NCBI GenBank assembly: GCA_937625935.1
Contig: OW569393.1
Coordinates: forward strand, 248,001 to 312,000
Length of the DNA: 64,000 nt
Source of the DNA: Tetramitus jugosus
Taxonomy: Eukaryota; Protista; Heterolobosea
Direction: 5' to 3'
Under the pieces are notes generated by a model. That model ran no database searches and had not been told where the DNA came from. It saw nothing but the letters and a program-made list of their open reading frames with translations. The position numbers and the translations under genes are program-made. Below are positions 12,923 through 23,500 of the stretch, one piece after another; the stretch's first letter is position 1; the number at the start of each line of letters is the position of its first letter.

Positions 12923-15105
12923 TGTCACGCCTTGAAATTTCAAGGCAAAGTAATGCCGCCAAAATTTTCAAGGCAAGCAAATCATCTTCAACGGTCAAAA
13001 AGTAAAACCGTTACAGAACATTTAAATCCACAACAAACAAAAGGATCAAACCCATGTCTAACACTATATCAACCAAGAAACAAGTAGTTGTAAGATACTT
13101 GGCAGACAAATCTGTCAACAAGTATTATCAGGCACTTGATAATTCTAATTTTACTGATTTGAGTAGGGACGAGCAAATACGCATCGAGAAAAGCATTCCT
13201 AGCAGCAATCACAAGAAGAAGGTGCGATTTGATGATGGTAAGCTTTACTACTCTGTGGCAATTCCCAAGATTATTCCCAAATTCAAGGCGGGAGTACCAG
13301 AGCATCAAAAGAATTCAGCAAGAGAAACTGCTACTTATGATGACTCTATTATCGAGTTACACAAGGAGGTTACTCACGAATGGCACTGGATTCCAAGAAT
13401 GAGTGAGAGGAATGATGTCTTGCGCGAGTTCCATGGATCTCATCATGTTGGAACCAAAAAAATGCAATCAGTGATGCACAGAGGCTTAACTGGATGGGCT
13501 AGAATGCAATCTGACGTAGAAAGGTTTTGTCGTACTTGTCCTCAGTGTCAGACGGTGAAATCTGATAAGAGTGTTGTTCTTTTGCAACCAGTTATTGCTG
13601 ATTACCCACTGCATCACTTATATATTGATATTACTTTCATGCAGAGAGAGAACGGCAAGATTGGTATGGTTTGTCTGATTGACCATCACACAAAACTATT
13701 GAAGAGCAGGTGTATCAGCAGCAAAAGAGCCGAAGTGGTTGTTGGCTTTTTAACAGAGGTGTTCGACTCATTTGGTATGTCTGAGCTCAAGGGGGATGAA
13801 AAACCAAAGTTCCAGATTTATTTGCGCTCAGACAATGGGAAAGAATTCGTTGCCAAATTGGTTGAGGATGTCTGCCAAAAGTACGGAGTCCTAAAAAAAG
13901 AAGGCCCAGCCTACAGTCCATGGGTGCAAGGTGTGGTTGAGAGAGTACAGAAAACCGTGAAAGATCGGATGAAAAATGCCGTTATTAACAATGACTCTGA
14001 CTGGGTGAAGGAGCATGACAACGCCATTGAATTATACAACAATACTGTTCATTCCACCACTGGTATGACTCCAAATGAAGCTTGGGCTCGTACATTCGTC
14101 CTGAATGAGATTACATTGAGTGAAGAGGCTGCCGCCATGAGATTGTACACAATCGGGGTAATCAAAAGTAAAACACTTGCCAGAGGTGAAGCAGATGCAG
14201 CCAGACGTGCCGGGAGAAAGAGGGTAAAGTTTCTTTCTAAAGATACCGTTGTTCTTGTGAGGGTGCCAATGAAGTACAGAGCCAACAAGCGTCTTGTGTG
14301 GGGCAAAAAGGCTAAACTAGTTGAGCAGAGAACGGCTGGTAACAAGAGAGTCTCATCATGGAAAGTAGAATGGCTTGAAACAGGTGGAATCAAGTCATGC
14401 GAGAGAACTGGTGACGTGACGCCGTACTGGCTTCAAGCTCAACACCTGAAAGTTTTCCAGTTCGGTTTTGACAAATATCTGGACAGTAGAAATACTGAAC
14501 CTGTCACTACTGACAATCTACAGTTGCAAGCAGCGAGAATGTCTTGGCAGCCAAAGTACACTGAAGCTGACAAGGAGGGTGAGAATGATGACCCAATTGC
14601 AGACCAACATAAAGAGGTTGAACAGACTCCATCTTCCCCAACTATAGGCCCAAGTCCACCTGCTACTCCAGAACAATTTTCGCACAATATACAAGATGAT
14701 GACCCAAGTGAACCTTTTTCTGCTCTAGAACCAGCACCGACCACAGATGACCCAAGGCCAGAACAGACGCCAGAACCGTCTCCAACTGTCGATCCACCAG
14801 ACACCACTCAAGCTATCCAGGAACCACTGACGACAGTCATCATCAGTAGAAAAAACAGACTGTCAAGGAGACGAAGGAGGGCAGAGTCTGATGCAGAAGA
14901 ACCTCGCAACAAAAAGAAGCGTGACAATTGAATTCCATTTTTCCGGTTTACATCTGTTTTTTTTTGAGTTTTAGAAGTGTTTATTGAGTTGACCTCATAT
15001 TCTTGTTGAATGTTCACAGAATTTACAATAATCAAATTCCAAGGCATTTTGTAATCCTTCAATGTTTCGATGAAATTTCGCTGCCTTGAATTTCAAGGCG
15101 TGACA
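12923..15105 (+). mobile_element. Apparently intact Ginger2/TDD-type DNA transposon, 2183 bp
   Basis: TIRs TGTCACGCCTTGAAATTTCAAGGCA (12923-12947) and TGCCTTGAATTTCAAGGCGTGACA (15082-15105). 5-bp TSD TTTCT at 12918-12922 and 15106-15110. Single integrase ORF, no RT, gag or LTR. Confidence 0.92.
13054..14931 (+). CDS. Gypsy-like (rve) integrase/transposase of the Ginger element, 625 aa
   Basis: HHCC finger (FHGSHHVG...CRTCPQC), DDE triad (YIDITF, RSDNGKEF, GVVER), Pro/acidic tail and basic NLS-like end. Confidence 0.92.
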   Translation: MSNTISTKKQVVVRYLADKSVNKYYQALDNSNFTDLSRDEQIRIEKSIPSSNHKKKVRFDDGKLYYSVAIPKIIPKFKAGVPEHQKNSARETATYDDSIIELHKEVTHEWHWIPRMSERNDVLREFHGSHHVGTKKMQSVMHRGLTGWARMQSDVERFCRTCPQCQTVKSDKSVVLLQPVIADYPLHHLYIDITFMQRENGKIGMVCLIDHHTKLLKSRCISSKRAEVVVGFLTEVFDSFGMSELKGDEKPKFQIYLRSDNGKEFVAKLVEDVCQKYGVLKKEGPAYSPWVQGVVERVQKTVKDRMKNAVINNDSDWVKEHDNAIELYNNTVHSTTGMTPNEAWARTFVLNEITLSEEAAAMRLYTIGVIKSKTLARGEADAARRAGRKRVKFLSKDTVVLVRVPMKYRANKRLVWGKKAKLVEQRTAGNKRVSSWKVEWLETGGIKSCERTGDVTPYWLQAQHLKVFQFGFDKYLDSRNTEPVTTDNLQLQAARMSWQPKYTEADKEGENDDPIADQHKEVEQTPSSPTIGPSPPATPEQFSHNIQDDDPSEPFSALEPAPTTDDPRPEQTPEPSPTVDPPDTTQAIQEPLTTVIISRKNRLSRRRRRAESDAEEPRNKKKRDN

Positions 15106-15110
15106 TTTCT

Positions 15111-15441
15111 TAAGTATGGGAAGAGCCAATTCGAAAAAGAAAAATGTTGCTACATTCCTTACAATACTACAACCCTCAGTTGGACACTCTTTGGTCCCAA
15201 TGGATCTTTCCTGTCTCTTTGTCCAAACTTTTCCCAACCAAACAAATTTGGAATCAGTATACTTGCCTAAGCTAAACTGAATTGCATCATACAATGGTCT
15301 TGATAGTTGAATCTCTTCTGGCAATCTGACTCTCTTGTAGACCTTAAAACTGATATAGATGTTGCTTTCGACAATTACATGACTGTTGATGTTGTTGAGT
15401 AGAGGTCTAATGTTGTTGACCTTTCCCCTCGTTCGTTTCAT
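15111..15441 (-). mobile_element. MULE-like transposase 5' part (copy 2), separated from 11943-12917 by the Ginger insertion
   Basis: LYDAIQF..GKVWTKRQERSIGTKECPTEGC matches copy 1 at 8950-9090. Same strand as the 3' part across the TSD. Confidence 0.65.
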
Positions 15442-15599
15442 GTCTTTTTGTTTTTCTTTTTTTTGGGTTGACTGAAGCTTTTGGTTGACTGCCTTCGCAA
15501 AAAATTTCTGTCCAAGGAACGACAGGAAAATTCTATGTTCAAGTTTTTACAACAACCAGTTTGTTCTTTTATGTCAAACACCACGCACCCATTTGCACC

Positions 15600-17153
15600 T
15601 TGTGAGACAATGTATTAATTCAACGAGCGTTCAATACAAGTTCCCAGACGTATGTCGTTTTTCCACATTGTTTTCGTCAAACCAGGATTCTGACTAGAGA
15701 AACATGTGTTCATTGCACCACCAGCTTCCATAACTCTGGAGACCTTCATCAATCAACGTCAGAGCCTGGAGCACCTTCTTGATATCGTCAGTACTATCAG
15801 CATCTTCAAATTTCTAAATAAATCGTATAGTGGTGATGCTATCCATTTATGATGGAAATGTCTGATTCATCGGCGTCCACACCATCTAAGTATGCTTTCA
15901 TTCGTTCAAACCCAAGATCTTGGTTGAATGTCTCAAACAAAGTGTTAAAAGCTTTGACATAATCTTCAGATCCATCCCCGCCCTGTAAGTCTGGGAGATC
16001 TGTAATGCATGATTATATTTTTCGAGATATGTAGAGGCACCTAGAATGTGGTACTTAGGCCCTTCTTAGATTTGGCCTTCAAATCTAGTACCAGTTTATC
16101 CGATGTCAAAGCAAGTTTGCTTTGCATTGTGTGTGTAGAAACATATGATCTGGAGTAGCATGCAATTGTCTCACGAATGGTGCAACTACATCATGGATAG
16201 ATTCTGAATTCAGGTGACAAAGAGTTGAAATCTTGCTTGTTGAGATGTTTAATATATCTGTCTTCTATGTCATATGCTAAGAATAGTGCATTATCTCCAG
16301 TGATAGATCAAATGATTGCTCTCGCGTTACCTTCTTCTTCAGACTAGCTAGCGTATTGATATTGATGAATAGAGGGTTAGTGGTGAATGGAAGGATTCCA
16401 GATTTACCACCTTTGAGTACATCCTTTGGAGTCTGTTGAACATCTGAACGAAACTCATTGAGGATTGGTTCCTTGTCCTGTTCAGATGCTTTCCAGGGTT
16501 TTGGATCAGAGTGGTTGTGGGCAGTATGGGAGCGTCCAGATATTATATTCACCTCTGACCCCCTCCCTGCCTGTTTTGAATAAATTTGAATAACACATTT
16601 TCCTGTAAATTCGAACGTTACATTAATTCTCCTACTAGGATTGGGATCAAGAGACCCCCTTTGAATAAAATATTGAATAAATTTCTCAGACCCCCTCCCT
16701 AGGGGGTGCGTAAGAAAAAATATCTGGACGCTCCCTATGCACATAATAGAATACTTGATTCGTGTCACTGCATCGTCTATAGTATGTTCTTGCTGGACAA
16801 TCTATGACTTCCAAATTTGTGTTGTGATGAGGGCACTTGGTTGTCTTCTTTTTACGAACAGCGATAACGGTGGAAAGACTTGTAACTATGCTCTTGTTCG
16901 TATTGACACTGATCTGATCAACGTGCTTGCTTTTGATCACACCACCACATTTAAAACTTTCAATAATCCATTCTTTGCCCCAGATAATTCTACAATTTTT
17001 GTGCTGACTTTCTTTATCTTCATATCTATAACAAACACCACTCTGCGGAAACATGACAGCACTTTCCGCATTCTTAGGTGTCATTAATTGCAAGTACTTC
17101 AATGACAACATTTGGTTGATTTTGGTTCCTCTTCCTGTCCATAGTGTGTGCAA
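15600..17153 (-). mobile_element. Degenerate MULE-like transposase (copy 3) carrying a MITE
   Basis: GKEW....KCGGV...CPHH..L..IDCPA...YYVH/TAHNH zinc-binding GCM/WRKY-like domain. Downstream relics DKLVLDLK, EDYVKAFNTLF and YGSWWCNE. Confidence 0.6.
16528..16735. mobile_element. 208-bp MITE, 17-bp TIR, 3-bp TSD (PIF/Harbinger-like ends)
   Basis: GGGAGCGTCCAGATATT...AATATCTGGACGCTCCC, flanked by TAT on both sides. Removing it rejoins YYVH-TAHNH in frame. Confidence 0.88.
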
Positions 17154-17399
17154 TGTTTGGATTGTTTTGTTGTTTTGTTTCAGACACCGTGGTTGACTCT
17201 CTGTTTCAACAAATAATTCAATCTACTGGTTGATGGTTACTATGTCTTGGTGAAAAGCATGTCCATGTCAAATGTCTCGACAAAAACATATGTCTTTATA
17301 TGTCTATGTTTTCCGCTTATGTCTCAAACTCCCAAAATGTCCATGTGGTTGTATGTTACTCTTCACCAAGACACAAGCTACAGTCCAAATTTTATTTTG

Positions 17400-17800
17400 G
17401 TATTGTCGCCCATGGATGTTGTTCCATCGAAGAAGAGAGTCCTTGTGCAGTTTTCCATAATTTGATCGTGTTTTCTATTTAGCTCCTAGCTCGTTCGTTC
17501 TGGATAAAATTCTTAATGCGTTTGTTGATGTCAATTCCGTCGCATTAGAGTGTTCAAAAACTGAATGAACGCGTATAAATTGTTATCATGCTTTATATCG
17601 ATTACCAAGCAATCCACCAGTGATATTAAGTAGCTATGGAAGAAATACTGAGTTTGGACCCATGTGTTGGTATAATCTGTAACCACAAATATCTGAAGGA
17701 ATGAAAATAACTAGTAGGAAACAGTCATGCTCTTGATTTGTTGTTTATCATCATCATAATTCTTTTTGCCCAAGTTTTCCTTCAGCCATCCGCTGGGGAA
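17400..17800 (-). mobile_element. Internally deleted MULE-like relic (copy 4)
   Basis: Minus strand reads LVDCLVIDIKHDN and AFIQFLNTLM, nearly identical to copy 2 peptides but with the intervening segment deleted. Confidence 0.6.
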
Positions 17801-17823
17801 TAACCAGAGGTCCACCATATACT

Positions 17824-17888
17824 ATTTAAATTTATTCAAAACAGGCAGGGAGGGGGTCAGAGGTGAATATAATATCTGGACGCTCCCC
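17824..17888 (-). repeat. Solo inverted copy of the MITE left end (about 62 bp)
   Basis: Reverse complement matches 16528-16592 almost exactly. Confidence 0.85.
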
Positions 17889-18314
17889 TATTAGGAACTA
17901 AGAAGAAGACAGGAAGCAAGCGGAAGCAGTTAGATCCGACTGATGAGTCAGAAGAAGAAAAACCACAGAGGAGACTCTCTAGATCAGGTAGACAGCAGAA
18001 GAAGGAAGATGAACAACAAGAACTGTTCGTATTAAATCTGATGATGATTTAGATGATGGTATTAGATCCGATAAAGCTTTTCAGGATAAGATACGTAAGA
18101 CAAAGCAGATAAGATCACTAGATTTTATCAATTCCAGCAGGTGCAGGTAACTACGTTATATGGTATCAGATATTCTGATGATGATGATATATCTATCTCG
18201 AAACCAGGATCAGAAGAAGAAAACTACACACAGCGAGCAGTTCAGAAGGACACTTATCAGAAAAGCATCTGAGTGATGATGAATCAATACAGGAAACATC
18301 TATAAATTACGAGT

Positions 18315-20408
18315 TTATTTTCTGAGTGCGGAGGAGCAAAAAGTCTGTTCATTATCTTCGGTCTTTTTGATTGTTGTCTCAACAAGACATTTCTTTTGAA
18401 CTCTGTTGTCAACGACACAAATAAGACCTGGTCTTTTGACAAAAGTGACAATAAATTCTGCATCACATGTGGCATCTTCATGCTTTTCAGGATTAAATTG
18501 TTCCTTGTTCACTCTTGGAGCAATGACATCCAGTCTTGGTTCACAAACAAGGAGTTCAGCAGCCAAATCAATTGATACACGAGCACATTCATCAATATTT
18601 TTCTTGGTCTCATCATCATTCAAATCAACCAACTCTTTGAATTGAGACTTGATAATCTCACAAATATTGTCATGAACAATACGATACAACTCCTTCTGTA
18701 ATGTATCTCTTTCATCCTTTGTTCCCTCCTTTCCAGTCAAAATCTTGGCTGTTTTCAATTCATTACACTTTGGTTTCTTCTTCTTGTGGATTGATCTCCA
18801 AAATCCTTCTCCAAACAGAGATTCAACCAACTTTTGTTGACATTTTCTTTTGGCCTTCTTGAATTCTCCTTCATCTGATCCACTCTTATCAGACTTATAT
18901 GACATACAACTCAACAATTCACTCAATGTGTCCGTAGCATCGTCAAATGTCTTTGAAGCTCCTGCAATTTTGATCGCACCTGTGTCTGCATTATTGGCCA
19001 AGGAACTATCATTTCTGGCCTTTTCATTGATCAAGAGTTGTTTTCCATCAGCAATTTCTTGTTCTTTTTTCACGATCAATTCGTTCAATACTTCGATTTG
19101 TTGCAGGTAGTTTGTCTTTGACTCCTTCAATTCGTTATCAATTTTGGTAATCTTTGAGTTGAGTTGGGAAATTATATCCTTTTGATTGCTGATCTCATAT
19201 TCCTTACGTTTCACTTCTTCTTTACCTGTCTTGACTTCATTCTTGAGATGAAAGATATCATTCTTTTGCTTTGTAATCTCTTGATTCAATTTCTTCACTT
19301 CATCTTCCTTGGTCTTCAACTTTCTTTCAATTTCGTCCAGTTTTTTTTTGCATTCATCATCTTTCTTCTTCATATCCGATTGATGCTTTTTGATGGTATC
19401 TGTATGGTTACGGATCTCTGTATTCTTCTTTTCAATGGATTCTCTGAGCTCTTTCACTTGATTTTGCAATTGTTTGATTTTGTCATCGAGACCGCTCTTG
19501 AGTATGTTAACGAAATCAGGATTAATTTGGCAGACCAACAATTTTTCTTCCAAAGATTCAGCTGTTTCAGTCAATTCCTTGATTAGAAGATCTTTCTTGT
19601 CTATCTGCTTCTCAAGTGTTTGGACACTCTCTGAGAGTTTCTTGTTGTGCTCTTCTAGCTTGGCCTGCTTTGATGTTTGCATTGATAATTCTCTACGCAA
19701 ACGGGTACATTCTTGTTGCGCTTGGCTTTTTTCCTTCTCCAGAATCATGTTTTGGTCCCCTTGCTGGATCTTTTCTTTCTCAAGGTTTGACTTTTGGTTT
19801 GAAATTTTAAGCAGTTGGGTTTCAAGTGTTTCGACACTCTCTGAGAGTTTCTTGTTTTGGTCTTCTAGCTTGGCCTGCATTGATGTTTGCATTGATAATT
19901 CACTACGCAAACGGGCACATTCTTGTTGGGCTTGGCTTTTTTCGCTCTCCAGAATTATGTTGTTTTCTTGCAGAAGCTTCTGATTTTCAGTCATAGTTTG
20001 TAAAGATTCTTGGAATGGTTGGTTTCCTTCGAATCCTTGAACGTTCCACTGGGGTTGGAAAGAGGGATTGGGTGATCCATAATTATTTGCTCCAGTTTGA
20101 GTTTGATGATGATTTGGATAAGTCTGAGGGTTTGTATTTTGTGAAAAATGACCTTGTTGATAACTCACATTCATGTTCTGAACAGGTGATGAGACATGTT
20201 GGAGTTGTTGCTGGCTCGTCATCGGAAACGCGGATACAAAAGGATTGGGTGTTCCATAATTATTGGCTCCACTTTGAGGTTGATGATGATCCAGATAAGG
20301 CTGAGGGTTTTGTGAACAATTGCTTTGTTGATAATTCACATTCTGAAGAGGTGGTGAGACCTGTTGGTTACTTCTGAAGTTACTTGCGACTGGATTTTGA
20401 CTGTGCAT
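18315..20408 (-). CDS. 697-aa coiled-coil/GrpE-like protein (subfamily B) with Q/N/P-rich repeated N-terminus
   Basis: Intact ORF, near-identical to 551-2485 over the C-terminal part. Has its own 210-bp offset duplication (19624 vs 19834) and a duplicated QQ..P.QN..YQQ...GANNYG.PNP unit. Confidence 0.8.
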   Translation of the reverse strand: MHSQNPVASNFRSNQQVSPPLQNVNYQQSNCSQNPQPYLDHHQPQSGANNYGTPNPFVSAFPMTSQQQLQHVSSPVQNMNVSYQQGHFSQNTNPQTYPNHHQTQTGANNYGSPNPSFQPQWNVQGFEGNQPFQESLQTMTENQKLLQENNIILESEKSQAQQECARLRSELSMQTSMQAKLEDQNKKLSESVETLETQLLKISNQKSNLEKEKIQQGDQNMILEKEKSQAQQECTRLRRELSMQTSKQAKLEEHNKKLSESVQTLEKQIDKKDLLIKELTETAESLEEKLLVCQINPDFVNILKSGLDDKIKQLQNQVKELRESIEKKNTEIRNHTDTIKKHQSDMKKKDDECKKKLDEIERKLKTKEDEVKKLNQEITKQKNDIFHLKNEVKTGKEEVKRKEYEISNQKDIISQLNSKITKIDNELKESKTNYLQQIEVLNELIVKKEQEIADGKQLLINEKARNDSSLANNADTGAIKIAGASKTFDDATDTLSELLSCMSYKSDKSGSDEGEFKKAKRKCQQKLVESLFGEGFWRSIHKKKKPKCNELKTAKILTGKEGTKDERDTLQKELYRIVHDNICEIIKSQFKELVDLNDDETKKNIDECARVSIDLAAELLVCEPRLDVIAPRVNKEQFNPEKHEDATCDAEFIVTFVKRPGLICVVDNRVQKKCLVETTIKKTEDNEQTFCSSALRK

Positions 20409-20499
20409 TACTTGTTGGTTAGTTTTTGATAAACGTCAGTTGTTCTTGTCTTTTTTTTGGAGGCGGTTGGCATGTTGAAGTTCAACGGAAATGATCTTT

Positions 20500-21880
20500 T
20501 TACAACAATTGTAAAGTTGGAGAACTTGCTGTCAATCGGCCATCGATGCTCCGCAGGAATTTTTCAAGAAGTTCTTGTAGAAAAAAAATGGTCCAACGTG
20601 CTGACGCAAAAACCTGCCTTTGAGGCAATTCGATATCCTTATCCAACTCCTTCATATCATCCACAACTGTGTCATGTTGAAACTGTCAGACGACTTCAAT
20701 GGAGACAAATCAAGAAGGAGAATGACCAATACTTATGGCAATTAGTTTCTTGCTCAACAGACACATCCGTGCGTCTATCAATTAACCTCTCTAATAAATT
20801 GTTTGCGTCGTTGTTGATCAATTTCAAGTAGCTCGAATAATCATCATTAGCCTCTATTTCCCGCTTATCCTGATCATATGCTCTGCCTCTGTTGCGATAC
20901 GATAGTGAGTCCACAAAATATTAATTGCCTCTTGTTGTCGTCCTTTCTATCAGTACACAAAAATCAGCAATCGATTCAGAGTACTTGTCCGACATCAATA
21001 GATAAAGATTTGCACGATGTTCCACATAAAACAACATGTCTCTCAAATTTATCATCTCTGCTTGTTTGTAATAAGAGTAGGGAGATCATTCAATGCCAAA
21101 TCATAATTCTTGAGTTGTTGATTGGGCTTGTGACCGGTAAAAGATTGCACTTTGAAACATGGGATCCAATTTGATTGCTCGACTCAAATAATCCACAGAT
21201 TCCTCGTATTGATACTCTGAATAGTACGCTTGGCCCCGCAAGCAATTATACATCCACACAATTAGTCCCAACCATTGCTGCTTTTCTTGTTTCTGCTGCT
21301 GCTGCTGCTGTTCTCGTTGTTGTTCATACATCATCGTCATCATCAATTCTTTCAAAGTGTCAAACCATTTCTCAATCCTTACTCGATCAACTGTCGTATC
21401 ACTCACCATAGTCGTATCATCATTTGCATTCATTGTTGTTCCTGCTGTTGTTGTTGCAAGTTTCTCCAAATGGGCTCTCATGTCCGCGATGATTTCATCT
21501 TGACACTCTGAATCAATGGATGGATACCACCATGATTATTGCTATTGTTGAACAAAATTTGTTCATCTTGTTCTTCATTTTGTTGAATGAGCACCACAAT
21601 CTCAAAATGCTCATGAATTTGTCATGATTTGTTTCATCATTGGTGTCAGAGGCAGCAGCAGTCACAACTATATCCACCAATTTTTTCCAATAGTGTTCAG
21701 TGTTTGCATTCATTGTTTTGTTGTTGTGTGGAGCCAAGCTGCTGTTTTGTGTGAAATTTATCTCCTTGAAAACAAAAATTCCGGCTGCGAGTAACACAGT
21801 GTTGTATGGTGGGATGCATGGATGGTTATCATGCATCGGTTCTTGTAGTGAGATCATCAAAGGTCGATCCTGCTTCATAC
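20500..21880 (-). pseudogene. Fragmented TPR-protein gene
   Basis: YNCLRGQAYY..QYEESVDYLSRAIKLDP and YRNRGRAYDQ..EA.DDYS TPR fragments in different frames. Confidence 0.5.
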
Positions 21881-22109
21881 TCGTACTCGAATCGTTTCAC
21901 CAATGGAGGGCCTACCTCTGGTGATTCATGATGGTGGTAGTCATACTGATTGGACTGCTGCATTACGATATCGTTCGTAGCTCCTGATGTTTTCAGGTTC
22001 TCATGTCTGTTGATTCTTCGATTTCACTATGGATTATCAAGTTACTTGCTGATAAAGTGGACTTGTCTGTAGGAACGTTTGTTGAGAGAGAGTTGGGTTT
22101 CTCTGTCGT

Positions 22110-22379
22110 TTGCTAATCAACTCGGATCTCGTCATCATCGTTGATGCGGACGACATGGATGAAATGTATGATCTCAAGGGCAGTATACTAGGCAGACAGG
22201 CACGAGACGGAGAAACAACTCTCATGGACCAGGATCTCATCAATCAGAATCGATTCTTTCATATGGGACTTCAAAAGAAGCAACTGGTGATGCTTCAGTT
22301 GAAGAATGATTGTTCTTTTCTAGAGTCGCACAAACTCAGGGATTACTCGCTGTTGGTTGGTGTGTTGAAGGCATCGTAA
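22110..22379 (+). pseudogene. Phosphatidylinositol-phosphate kinase (PIP5K) C-lobe fragment
   Basis: YDLKGS..GR, D.D, QLKNDCSFLESHKLRDYSLLVGV. No N-lobe or final IID motif in frame. Confidence 0.7.
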
Positions 22380-22999
22380 ATTGGCATTGCATGTCCCTCA
22401 ACTCTCTTCGCAACAAACACCACAACAACAACAGCACTCTTCGTGGTTTTCCTTTTGGTTATTCCACTTCGACCTTTGGAACTTATCAAGACTCTCTTTG
22501 AAAGTATTGACTTCTAAATCCTCAAAATCATCAAAGTTTTCTGACCGGTTCAGTCCTTTCAAAAGTATTGACTCTCAGAGAGTAAAACAAAAGATTGCAG
22601 TAGTAGTAATGTAGGCACTATTGATGGTTCTACTATCGGTTCGATTGTAGGTGCTAGTGTTGGTGCTAGTGTAGAATTGTCGGCTCTGCACTTTATCTTG
22701 ACCAGTTCTCAGTGCGTCCTCTTGAAAAATTCTTTCAACTGTGAGCAGACGAGATGGATAGAGCGTTATGTGACAGATACGATCGCTTTTCCTAACAAGT
22801 AACGTATCTTCGTCATCTGCTTTCGTATTTTATGTAGCTGTTGCAGCGTCGATTCGAAGAGAGAGACTTCTTTGGCAAACTCTGAAGTATTCATATCAAT
22901 TTGACACTCAATTCTAGTTTGAGTAAACAATTTGTCTCATATCTCTTGTCGATGTCTTCAAATTTGAGTGCAATGATGGTGGGTTGAATACACTGTCTC

Positions 23000-23500
23000 A
23001 TAATCAACGTATGAGTGCTACCTGCGTCGCTCATAACACTCATCCTGAACTCTCACTTTCCTTGTCCGGGAAATCAGACATACCATATCTCGTTGACTGC
23101 AACTTCTTCTTCATCTTTTCCTGACTGACCTGCAATTCTGGATCAATCCTATTTGTAGTAACTTGGGTTTTTGGTTTGGGCTAGTTCCAAAATTTTCCAA
23201 CATGGTCTTCCTTCGAAATACTTCTGGGCAATAACGATCCAACTGTTGCGATCTACTTAGTAGTTGTTCCAATATTCGATTGACTTTGAATTGAGATCCT
23301 CTGTAGCGAGAAATGAGGTGACACAAGGAAACTGTGTGCATGATACATTTCCGTGTGGCATTGGAAATAGTCCAGAAGTTCAATTTGTGTGAGAATCAAA
23401 GACTCTCATATTCTCAACGAGACAAGACGATTTGCAAGTTGGAAACATTGGAATTTATCGATATGGCGATCGCGGACATAGTACATCTTTCCTAACAATT
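23000..23500 (-). mobile_element. Highly decayed LINE reverse transcriptase relic
   Basis: PYR*IPMFPTCK resembles the YRPIsllp..xK motif, followed by RKCIMHTVSLCHLI and MLENFG. Weak. Confidence 0.35.

Noticed and set aside
13054-14931. LTR retrotransposon or Polinton integrase
   Set aside because: No gag, RT, LTR or polB. The ORF is bounded by TIRs and a TSD.
20705-20745. Plus-strand SRRRMTNTYG resembling the Hsp70 SRRMRMTYG motif
   Set aside because: It is isolated, with no flanking Hsp70 motifs, and the opposite strand is better explained as a TPR pseudogene.
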